A stretch of 21,605 nt of DNA from Octopus sinensis (Eukaryota): the NCBI RefSeq assembly GCF_006345805.1, contig NW_021823707.1, forward strand, positions 1 through 21,605. Reading direction: 5' to 3'. Numbering within the stretch: the stretch's first letter is position 1; every line of letters begins with the position of its first letter. The position numbers and the translations under genes were made by a program. The notes under the pieces were generated by a model, which did not search any database, was not told where the DNA came from, and worked only from the letters and a program-made list of their open reading frames with translations. Shown piece after piece: positions 11,013-20,862 of the stretch.

Positions 11013-11380
11013 ATTATATATATATATATGTATGTATATATAATTTTCAGGATCCCATGGAGTCAATGAATAAAAAAAGCACCAAAGTACAGTCGGGGAT
11101 AGCGAACCTGTTCACTCACAAGGTGTACTGTGAGAGAGAGAGGTTATGAGAGGTAATGGTGTCAGTAAGACCCAAAGCTGCCACCAAAACTGCATAGGAT
11201 CCACACGGGATTATCGCTCAGACGCAGATGCACTCTGCATCGACAGCAGATTGCAATCCCAGAATATAGGATGATACCCTTTAGTGAACATATTGAGAAA
11301 TGCGCAAAGCAACTGCTACCACAATTTGTAATCTTTCTATTCTATCAATATGCCATTGGAACACCAACACAAGTTAGATT

Positions 11381-11505
11381 AAATAAGGAAACATTCTTCA
11401 TTGAAAAATATAAGCCAAAACTTAACCATTTCTAAGATTTTTAAATAAGGAAACTCACCTCATTGAAAAAGTATAAAGCAATACCTAACCACTTGTAACA
11501 TTCTA
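11381..11505 (+). repeat. Imperfect 62-bp tandem duplication
   Basis: AAATAAGGAAAC....TCATTGAAAAA.TATAA...AA.AC.TAACCA.TT.TAA begins at both 11381 and 11443. Confidence 0.7.
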
Positions 11506-11863
11506 TTCTTTCTAAAACAAATCATGTAAATTAATCAAGCCTAGTCATTCTCAACATGTTTGATTATGTCCCTTTATATCGGAAAAATTCCCCGATTACC
11601 TTCCCCTGCTTTGAAGTCCATATTTCACAACATAGCGAAGACATGACACGATATGGTTAAAAAAAATCAATTAATTTGAAAAGAAAATACGAAACCGATT
11701 ATTTCTCCAAAAACGTTGTTACTATACGCAAAATTTTCTAACATTTTTCTAACATAACGATTTAACTATATTCTTTAACCATACAACACAAGCCTTCTGT
11801 AGTTTTTTCACTCCTTTTTGTTTTATACATCCAACCACGTGCTTTCACATACCAATTCTCTCA

Positions 11864-11865
<2 letters not shown>

Positions 11866-11927
<62 letters not shown>

Positions 11928-11952
11928 ATATATTATATGTACACATATATAG
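11866..11952. repeat. (TA)n microsatellite
   Basis: Direct reading. Confidence 0.95.
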
Positions 11953-13500
11953 TATCACATGTTACGAGTGAAAGATTGGCTATAACGCCACAAAAATATT
12001 ACGTGTCCAGTTACGATTTACGAATTTCCATGGATATCTTTGATTGGTGGATGGTTTTTGTCAGGGAGTTATAATTAATTTTCAACTTCCAGGAATGATT
12101 AAAGTTTTAAAATAGTCTTAAGCCTTCTAATGTATGTTCAGGGAGTCAGTTTAGAGAAGAACTATTTCGCAAACAGAATTCTCAAGCTATCTCATCTAGA
12201 AATACATCTTTAGTGTAACTAGATTTTCAAAAGAAATAATATTCACTAAAGCGATAACTGTAGGATTTTCACATTTTCCAACTCTTAGTTTTGTAATGAA
12301 AGAACATGATAACTCAGTATTACGGACATCTGGGAAAAGGTTTGCTGAATTATTTTCCCCTTATATGGTAACATACTCTTACTATCTCTTACACATAAAA
12401 CTTAGTAAACAGTAAACCATTTGAAAACTTTGCTAACTTTGCAAGAATCCAAATATAACACCCTAGTACTAATGCATCTGCAAATGGCAAGAAATCATTA
12501 GTTTATCCATTGCACCCATTTAAACTTGTTCGTATAATCTTTTGAAATTGTTATTTACGTGAGCTTTGTACATACGAATTGGTAAAACTATTCGTCGAAT
12601 ATTACTGTCTTGTGACTATTATACAAAAGTTCATCTTGCACTGAAAGTATAATAACCATTCAAGATATACGCACTAACATCAGCTTCAGAATTTCGATAC
12701 CCAAATGGTACAACTTGAAGAAAAGTTACGAGAAAACAAGAAAAGACACCAACGGAGCAACATTCTTCCTGCAAACCAGCATAGTCCACATTGTGATTTC
12801 TCAGCTAGATCACGTGCTGGTTTAATAATTCATGATTATTCTCATATCTTATATTTTGATTTTGGTGGCCTCAGGACTCATATGAAGAGTCACAAGTTAA
12901 AGTGAACGAAACAATTTAAAATTAAACTGAAGGAATACTCAGTACATTTGGTAGAGTATAAATTTATAATTCTTTAACAGTTTAAATATAAACTTTTGGC
13001 CAGCTAAGCTATCATCGGATTGCGAGGCAGTTGAGTTCATCCTTAATTTATATAGATTCTGATAGGTTAGAATCCTTCAGGTTAAGCTGAATTCTGTTGA
13101 ATGATAATCAAGATGTATGGTAGGTTGTGGTAATTTGACGTTATGGAGAATTTTTATTGCTTAAATTTATGCAAGTGCTAATTAGAATTTATTTATACAT
13201 GTAGAACATTCTAATTACGATTACGTATATTCATATGTATATGTCTGTGTGTGCGTATGAGCAGGTGTGGATGTGTGTCAAGTATATATATATATATACA
13301 CACATATATATATCCATATATGCACAGGTGTAAGCCATATGGAATTTTGTGTATATGAGAGAGTATGTTTCTCCGTATGCATATTTAAAAAGTCATTATT
13401 TATATTTATATGCGTGTATACAAATATTTATACATACACACCTACACCCGTCAATATTGTAATCTGCTGTATAATTTCCTTAGTATGTCCTGTATATACC

Positions 13501-13686
13501 CTTTTACTTGTTTCAGTCATTTGACTGCGGCTATGCTGGAGCACCGGCTTTAGTTGAGGAAATCGACCCCCAGGACTTATTCTTTGTAAGCCTAGTACTT
13601 ATTCTATCGGGATCTTTTGCCGAACCGCTAAGTTACGGGGACGTAAACACACCAGCATCGGTTGTCAAGCGATGTTGTGGAGACAA

Positions 13687-13717
<31 letters not shown>

Positions 13718-13863
13718 CATATATACGACGGGCTTCTTTCAGTTTCCGTCTACCAAATCCACTCGCAAGGCTTTGGTCGGCCCGAGTCTTTAGTAGAAGA
13801 CACTTGCCCAAGGAACCCGGAACCATGTGGTTGGTAAGCAAGCTACTTACCACACAGCCACTC
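13501..13863 (-). mobile_element. SINE family A copy with 18-nt deletion through the B box
   Basis: Reads CCCAAG-GAACCCGG where other copies read CCCAAG(A/G)TGCCACGCAGTGGGACTGAACCCGG. About 10 nt of the 5' end is also missing. Confidence 0.9.
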
Positions 13864-14149
13864 AATTTTAAATCATGGATTTTCTAGATACAGTTTAATA
13901 CATCGTGCTGATTACGCACGTATAACATTTCTCCATCAGATCTTTACCGGCATTGCATCAAATATTCTACCTATACGTGCGCATTTTATTTGATCCAATG
14001 AAACATTATTAAATTCTTATATACAATATCAATAGCCAACAGAAATACGTACTGTTCAGGAAATGTCAGTTTGACATTACGAACTGAAACATAAATCAAT
14101 TTCTAAATGTATACACCGTTTAATTATTCAGGATCGTGCACAGGCTGGA

Positions 14150-14610
14150 ACATATAAAAGTACATACATACATACATACATAATACATACATACATGCAT
14201 ACATACACACATATACACATACATATACATACACATATATATATACATGCATACATACATTCATATATATATATATACAGTGTATATATTTATATACAAA
14301 TATATATATATATATATACATATATATACGCCTACGTGTATCTGCATGTATATTTGTATGTGTGTATATATATACATATATATACATATGTACATATAAA
14401 TATGTAGATGTATACATATATATGTGTAGATGTATATATATACATATGAGTGTATATATATTTTTATATATTATATATACATATACATATATATATATAT
14501 ATTATATATACATATACATATATATATATATTATATATATATATATATCTATATATATATATATATGTATATATATATAAATATATTTATATATATATGT
14601 ATATACATAC

Positions 14611-14651
<41 letters not shown>

Positions 14652-14677
14652 ATATATATATATATGTATATATATAC
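14150..14677. repeat. ~530-bp TA/TACA/TATG microsatellite field
   Basis: Direct reading; it is the source of the I/Y-only ORFs. Confidence 0.95.
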
Positions 14678-15354
14678 AGAAAGTCTTGAAGATTTCGTTG
14701 CCATTCATTTATATTTCGAGATAAATTGCAACCAGATTCTTGTTGCGTTTGACATTTCCCCAGAGAAAATACTTCACTGGCACTTGATATATGCTACCAT
14801 CATTTGAATATTATTGTACGCAATTAAGTACGCCAGTGAGGGGTTGACACGGCAGGTAGTAAAAAAAATACATAAGCATATAGAATGAAAGAAAAATAAA
14901 CGCGTTTTATAAAATCCTTGATGTAAAGCAAATTCTTCAATTGTCACTCCTGTCGTTTTGGTCAGAACATTCTGAGAAGTAACTAGCAGTGCAGTAAAAG
15001 GAGTTAATGAGGATAAGAAAAGAATCACCCTCTAAAGATATTTCAGCTTTTGATATAATACTCCCGGTTTGAAAGATTGAAAATCATGACTTAAAAATTC
15101 TTCCATCATTACTGTGAATGCAAATCTGCCGTTCGATAATGAGGTTGTAATAAGCCTGAAAATTGCTCAGAGTTATTTCCCATACTCAGCTGAAAATGAA
15201 AGTAGCGATAGTGTTCTAAAAATATCGTAGTCAGTTTCATGCTTTGTCTTTTACGATGCATATAAAAACATTAATATATCTTAATTAAATTTAAGTTAGA
15301 TAATGTGGGTATTTCAATCAATTTTAACACGCCTTCTCGTCCTATGCATTTGTG

Positions 15355-15546
15355 ATCTTGTTCTTCTTGTTCTTCTTGTTCTTGTTCTTGTTCTTGTTCT
15401 TGTTCTTGTTCTTCTTTTTCTTCATTTTTCTTCAACTTCTTCTTCTTCTTTTTCTTCATTTTCTTCTTCTTTTTCTTCTTTATCCTCTTCTTCTTCTTCA
15501 AATTCTTCTTCCTCTTCTTCTTCTTCTCTTCTTCTTCTTCTTCTTC

Positions 15547-15616
<70 letters not shown>

Positions 15617-15705
15617 CATCATCATCATCATCATTATTCTTACTATTATGATGATGATGGTCATCATCATCTTCATCATCATCTTCATCATAATCATCAT
15701 TATTA
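15355..15705. repeat. Compound array (GTTCTT)n-(CTT)n-(TTA)n-(TCA)n
   Basis: Direct reading. Confidence 0.95.
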
Positions 15706-16003
15706 GTGGATTTGTCACGATGTTTGTTTACCTGAAAAAATAATCCTTCATGGAAAAAATATTTTTTCTTTGGAATAGAAAATGTAGAAATAATGGTAGC
15801 AAGCTTTATTCATAAACAAAGGTGAAAAATAGCTTCCAGCCAAATTTTTTTCTGCATATAGCCTTTTCAAGAGCGTGTATGTTGTATACACACCACTCAC
15901 GTCCACATCATACATACACAAACATACAGACATATACATGTGTGTGTATATATATATGTATATATATATATATATGTATATATAAGTATAGAAATATAGA
16001 CAT

Positions 16004-16174
16004 ATAGACATGGCTGTGTAGTAAGAAGCTTGCTTTCCAGCCGCAAAGCTACGGGTTCAATTCCACTGTGTGTCACCTTTGGCAGGTGTCCTCTACAATA
16101 GCTTCGGGTCCACCAAAGCCCTGTGAATGGATTTGGTTGACGGAAACTGAAAGAAGCCCATCGTATATATATAT
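16004..16174 (+). mobile_element. SINE family A, head plus body only, ending in (TA)n
   Basis: TGGCTGTGTAGTAAG (A box), GGGTTCAATTCC (B box), then CCAAAGCCCTGTGAATGGATTTGGTTGACGGAAACTGAAAGAAGCCCATCGTATAT, the reverse complement of the minus-strand copies. Confidence 0.85.
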
Positions 16175-16177
16175 AAG

Positions 16178-17089
16178 GAGGGTGGGAAATAACAAGACGT
16201 TAGAAATTTCTTATATAATTTTTAGTATCACTGGAGACATGACGAAAACATTTTTTTAAACAGACAATACTAATGGGGATTTCTCATTTTCTTGTCTTAT
16301 TTCTTATTTTATTATTGTCTTATTATCTTATTTCGTATTTTCCAGATTGCCGGTTGCTTGACTACTCGGGAGCCAGCTAAGATAGTAGTACACTATGAAT
16401 TGTGGAATTCCATCGTTTGGCTTCAGAGATGGTTGCGTGCATAGAAAGATAAACATAGAACACTACGTCCGGAGACGATAAAAATTGTCATGCAAAGCTG
16501 ATGACCACGGGCTCTGTGAACGATGCGAGAAGTGACAGGCTAACCACATCCCGATCGGCAGAGAACGTGGCAACAGTTCAGGAAATGTTTAATCGCAGTC
16601 CGCAAAAATCAACATGTCAAGCAGCTCGTGAAAGTGAACTAACAAGATACATAATACGTATGGTGTTGCATAAAGAATTGAATTTTCGTCGGTGAAAACA
16701 CCATTACGTGCAGGAGCCAAAACCTGAAGACTGACTGCAGAGTGAAATATGAAATAGACTCCAAGAGTTTAGACCTTCCTCCATGTGATCTTTACCAGTG
16801 AGGTTATACAAAAAAGGTGTACAAGACAAAACCTCACACACTGGAGGGCTTGGAGACTCAGGAGGTTCTCAATGATATCCCAGTCGACGTCCTTCAAAAG
16901 GTTGTTCATTCCATCCCTGGATGTTTGAGGAAACTGGTTGACACCACCGGTGGTTACGTTGAAATGTGAAGATTTACTTTCATTTCTCCATGTAATAAAG
17001 AACGTTTCATTTGTTTCAATATATTCGTAAAAGAAATATGGATATTATTACCACTTTTTAATGTCTAGTTACTTTTCACCCACCCTGTA
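16178..17089 (+). mobile_element. Internally deleted Tc1/mariner-superfamily transposon (transposase pseudogene ~16400-16969)
   Basis: N-terminal HTH-like MTTGSVNDARSDRLTTSRSAENVATVQEMFNRSPQKS. C-terminal DLPPCDLYQ*GYTKKVYKTKPHTL...GGYVEM* matches PRSPDLTPCDF.LWGY.K..VY..KP.TL. Right end CACCCTG+TA. The left end GAGGGTGGGAAATAACAAGACGTTA resembles the reverse complement of the right end. Confidence 0.85.
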
Positions 17090-17105
17090 CAGACACACAC
17101 ACGCA

Positions 17106-17158
<53 letters not shown>
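17090..17158. repeat. (CA)n microsatellite abutting the transposon right end
   Basis: Direct reading. Confidence 0.95.
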
Positions 17159-17159
<1 letters not shown>

Positions 17160-17611
17160 GTAAATTGTGGTGTGTTCTGTTAAGAAGCCATGGATGCTGT
17201 AGCATGGAAATCTAGATTTACTTACGGAGATATTAACTGAGTATGGCATGAGGAGACACATAGATCTTCTCATACAGGTAAATCGTTACATAATTTAATT
17301 TAAATTAAACTTTAAACCCTGTATATACGAGGATCTGTATGCATCGTAACATTTGTAGTGATTAAAAACCTGCCTAACCATAATTATTCTTCCTTTTGAC
17401 ACTTTTACTTTTTACTTTATATATATATATATATTGTATATAAATAAAAGAGGCAGGCAACAGGTTGCTTAGCCACATACCGAAAAAATTAGAAATAGCA
17501 GTCAAATACTGTTTATTCCTATTTTCTATAAATGAGACTCCACATAAGACATATCCCTGTAATTCACATATACAAAATATATTACTAATTGGAATGTTAC
17601 TCTTATTATAT

Positions 17612-17650
<39 letters not shown>

Positions 17651-17779
17651 TGTATTTTTTTGTGTGTGTAAGTGTGTGTAAGTGTGTGTCTGTGTTTGTG
17701 CACCCACCATTACTTGACAACTTGTCAAAATCTGTGCGAGTATGTAAGTGTGTGTAAATCACTACACCCCTAGTTATCT

Positions 17780-17912
17780 TTCATTTTGTTTTACTCATCA
17801 GATTGCAGCCTCGCTGGGGCACCAGCTTGATGAATTGCTAGGAGAATAAATCGACTCCGGTACTTATTTGCTGAAGGTTGGCGCTAATTCTGTCGGTGTC
17901 TGTCGCCGAACC
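17780..17912 (-). mobile_element. Highly degenerate SINE family A tail
   Basis: GCTGGGGCACC, AAATCGACTCCGGTACTTATT and TCTGTCGGTGTCTGTCGCCGAACC echo the family A tail in order. Confidence 0.45.
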
Positions 17913-17914
17913 CC

Positions 17915-18217
17915 TCTCACGAGTTCATTAATGTTTATCAGATTGTCCTTTTACTTCATCTTCCGAGCCATTCTCGTCTTTAGACTATTTCCTTTGCAGA
18001 CTTCGTCTAAGATCGATAATTCCCATCGGAAGTTCTCAATTTCCTTATTTCTAATGCGCTTTTTCTACCTTGGCTGTTTGTTTCCTTGTCTGGGAGACAT
18101 TTCCTTTATTTTGACGCCTGTTGTCTGTGTAGCAGCAATAGATATTGAGTATATAACATAGTTTAATGAAGTTGAATCTGTCGCCGTTTCAAGGAGAATC
18201 TGCTTCAGGGCACCGTG
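17915..18217 (-). mobile_element. Dong/R4-type LINE internal remnant (region N-terminal to RT)
   Basis: Minus frame reads GALKQILLETATDSTSLNYVIYSISIAATQTTGVKIKEMSPRQGNKQPR*KKRIRNKEIENFRWELSILDEVCKGNSLKTRMARKMK*. This resembles the T.LN..IY...A....G.KI.....P.W..RI...I...R..LS.L.E pattern I recall from R4/Dong ORFs; the stop sits at the expected W. Confidence 0.55.
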
Positions 18218-18267
18218 ATATTATTTTGACAGTACAGTGATTCGCTCGGGTGTAATTATTGTTGCTT

Positions 18268-18279
18268 TTGTTGTTGTTG

Positions 18280-18346
<67 letters not shown>
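18268..18346. repeat. (GTT)n-(ATT)n array
   Basis: Direct reading. Confidence 0.95.
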
Positions 18347-18347
<1 letters not shown>

Positions 18348-18565
18348 AGGTGGCGAGCTGGCAGAATTGTTAGCACGCCGGGCAAAATGCTTAGCGGTAT
18401 CTCGTCTACCGCTACGTTCTGAGTTCAAATTCCGCCGAGGTCGACTTTGCCTTTCATTCTTTCGCGGAGTGGCGGTCGAAAAATTAAATACTAGTGAAAC
18501 ACTGTGGTCGATGTTAGCGATTAATTCGCTGCCCCCCAAATTTCAGGCCTTTTGTCTTGAGTAGA

Positions 18566-18608
<43 letters not shown>
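18347..18608 (+). mobile_element. SINE family B (tRNA head, Nin/Deu-like core) with (TTA)n tail
   Basis: A box TGGCAGAATTG, B box GAGTTCAAATTCC, core GGTCGACTTTGCCTTTCATTCTTT...GGTCGAAAAATTAAATACTAG resembling the Nin/Deu domain GTCGAC.CAGCCTTCCATCCTT.CG.GGTCG.TAAA.TGAGTACC. About 80% similar by eye to the 20426 copy. Confidence 0.85.
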
Positions 18609-18710
18609 GAGTGAGCAGTGCATGCCATCAAAGTGACACTGGTGTAAAATATACGAAGCCCAATATACCCATCATGACTACCCGTCTGATAAGGGTACAC
18701 CAGGCACATG
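18609..18710 (-). mobile_element. Truncated (102-bp) copy of the ~550-bp unclassified element
   Basis: Near-identical to the left end of 19294-19843 (GAGTGAG..CATGCCATCAAAGTGACACTGG...CCAGGCACATG), abutting (ATT)n. Strand is inferred from which end is retained. Confidence 0.8.
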
Positions 18711-19256
18711 GTACAACAGGTTCAGCAGATGCTGACCGAGGTCCAACAAGGGAGTGGTCGCGCACCCATGCGGTCAGTGAAAGTCAACATATGTATTTAC
18801 TACCACCACAGTCAATAGGAGCAATGGCAGTCCTCGAAGAGAATCGACTTACGTTGTTCTGTTTCAATTCCAGATTGAAAGGGGAAAATATACATGCATT
18901 GCTGATTCATTTTTCTTTTTTACAATATTAAATGAAGCCTTGTTGCGCTTTACAGCTTTTTTGAGTTTGTGATTTGCAAATATGAGAGTTACTTATCTTC
19001 TGCGCTTGTTATCAGTTCTGGAAACTACTCTGACTTTCGGATTTTTTTACTTGATACAAAAGAGAAATGTTTGCTTGTTTAAGAAACTCGAAGAAATTAA
19101 GGGATTACGAACTCATAAAGATTCTCTTATCGTAAATTTGCTGAAGTTAGATAGCCGGAGGAGCTTAAGAGTGTTTTTGCGATTAAAGAGATATTTATAT
19201 ATAAGCGAATTATCACAGAGAAAGAAATTTTGAATACTGACAGAAGAAATTGTAGA

Positions 19257-19258
<2 letters not shown>

Positions 19259-19293
<35 letters not shown>
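19259..19293. repeat. (ATT)n array
   Basis: Direct reading. Confidence 0.95.
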
Positions 19294-19841
19294 GAGTGAG
19301 AGAGCAGTTCATGCCATCAAAGTGACACTGGGGTAAAATATACGAAGCCCAATATACCCATCATGACTACCGTCTGATAAAGGTACACCAGGCACATGCA
19401 TCACAACCATTGTGCGCAACATGGTGATCTCATATCAAGATAAACAGCACATGACCTTGCAGGTGGGCCCAGTTAGAATTTTCTTCAGGTTGAGTAGCCC
19501 ATCCCGCTCAAACGGTCCCTGAATAAGGGTTGTTTAAGGATGTTGAAAGAACCACCCATGTTTCCAGAGGTGAACTATCAAACCCCAAAGAATCCCTCTC
19601 AACACATGCTATGATGCTCCCCCACTACTTCTGCTCATGATCAGAGATGCACATATCGTCAGCACTAAGGGACATGCTCAACTGGTTAAGGTCAAACAAC
19701 TGACAAGCAAATCTGTGGTATTGAGCAGAATATTTGCTGTAGCCCATCTTTTATACCAAGACAAAACAATGTATATGATAACACTTCCAATCAGTTAAGA
19801 TCAGAAGCCATAAGAGCCACTGCCTGGTACTGCATCAGGGC

Positions 19842-19843
<2 letters not shown>
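19294..19843 (-). mobile_element. ~550-bp unclassified non-coding interspersed element embedded in (ATT)n
   Basis: Complex, GC-richer sequence sharply bounded by (ATT)n on both sides. A second partial copy lies at 18609. No TIR, long ORF or clear tRNA head seen. Confidence 0.75.
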
Positions 19844-19919
<76 letters not shown>

Positions 19920-19959
19920 CATCATCATCATCATTATTATTATTATTATTATTATTATT
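19844..19959. repeat. (ATT)n array with (ATC)n interruption
   Basis: Direct reading; it also serves as the tail or target of the adjacent Dong-like fragment. Confidence 0.95.
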
Positions 19960-20289
19960 CAGTAGTTTTATTTTTATAGCGTGCTTTCACTTCACTACCG
20001 AGCGCAGCTCTGTGTGCCTTGGGTATGTGCTGTGATTTGTTGTGATGCTCTGATGGTTATTGTATGGAAAGTGTTCTGCGTAGGATGTGTGCAGTGCCTA
20101 GTAGTGCAATTTTCTGTATGTTATATGTGCTTGTAAGTCCTGGTGTTTTTGTTATGTATTTGTCTGAATATTTTTTATCATGCTAATGCACCTACTATGA
20201 TAGGAATTGTTTCTGTTTTCAGGTTCCACATTCTAGTTACTTCTATTTCCAGGTCTTTGTATTTGAGAGTTTCTCCATTTCTTTTAGAG

Positions 20290-20290
<1 letters not shown>
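19960..20290 (-). mobile_element. Dong/R4-clade LINE 3' end: restriction-like endonuclease C-terminus, stop and ~95-nt 3' UTR
   Basis: With three 1-nt corrections the minus strand reads SLKEMEKLSKYKDLEIEVTRMWNLKTETIPIIVGALGMIKKYSDKYITKTPGLTSTYNIQKIALLGTAHILRRTLSIQ* (stop at 20057-20059). This fits the EK..KY.DL..E..RMW...IPI.VGALG...IQK.ALLGTAHILR pattern of R4/Dong RLE domains. (TAA)n lies on both sides. Confidence 0.88.
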
Positions 20291-20323
<33 letters not shown>

Positions 20324-20374
20324 TATTATTATTATTATTATTATTTTATTATTATTACTATTATTATATTATTA

Positions 20375-20425
<51 letters not shown>
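20291..20425. repeat. Imperfect (ATT)n array
   Basis: Direct reading. Confidence 0.95.
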
Positions 20426-20426
<1 letters not shown>

Positions 20427-20655
20427 AGGTGGTGATCTGGCAGAATTGTTGGCGCGATGGACGAAATGCTTAACGGTATTTCGCGCGTCTCTACATTCTG
20501 AGTTCAAACTCCACCGAAGTCGACTATGCCTTTCACCTTTTCGGGGTCGATAAATTAAGTACACATTGAACACTAGGGTCGATATGATCGACTCATACCC
20601 TACCCAAAACTGCTTCTCTTGTTGTAATATTTGAAACCATGATTGTCATTATTAT
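20426..20655 (+). mobile_element. SINE family B copy
   Basis: AAGGTGGTGATCTGGCAGAATTG...GAGTTCAAACTCC...GTCGACTATGCCTTTCACCTTTTCGGGGTCGATAAATTAAGTAC; aligns with the 18347 copy. Confidence 0.85.
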
Positions 20656-20783
20656 ATAAGTACTAGTTGAGTACTGAGGGGTTCATGTTATTGATGTTGA
20701 TGTCGTAGCTGTAGTTGTCGATGATGGATTTTTCTTGCCTACACGAGTTAATGGTTATCTGTTTGCTTCACCTCTTTCTTTTA

Positions 20784-20860
<77 letters not shown>

Positions 20861-20862
<2 letters not shown>

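Noticed and set aside
11051-11122. 72-nt exon-like segment DPMESMNKKSTKVQSGIANLFTHK
   Set aside because: Weak donor (gtgtac), acceptor adjacent to a microsatellite, and no recognisable homology.
12705-12905. 66-aa ORF MVQLEEKLRENKK... and an overlapping open frame
   Set aside because: No recognisable domain and no convincing splice donor.
4375-15743. Many 60-146 aa ORFs rich in I/Y, C/V, H/T or poly-L/S/I/R
   Set aside because: They are translations of (TA)n, (TG)n, (CTT)n and (ATT)n microsatellites, which are stop-free by composition.
16004-17728. Idea that the Tc1/mariner element split a single SINE A (head at 16004, middle fragment at ~17680-17722)
   Set aside because: The sequence right after the transposon is (CA)n rather than the expected (GT)n continuation, and the fragment is about 590 bp further on.
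18982-19233. 83-aa ORF MRVTYLLRLLSV...
   Set aside because: AT-rich, no motif or splice context; consistent with a chance ORF.
19294-19843. Self-cleaving ribozyme in the 550-bp element (minus strand has CTGACGA, and GCCCTGA/TCAGGG complementarity)
   Set aside because: By eye I found no GAAA-closed stem II for a hammerhead and no P3/L3/P1.1 geometry for an HDV-like fold. A covariance-model search would be needed.
18268-20655. Repeat-spacer alternation superficially like a CRISPR array
   Set aside because: The repeats are variable-length trinucleotide arrays, the spacers are 100-700-bp transposon pieces, there are no cas genes, and the context is eukaryotic.
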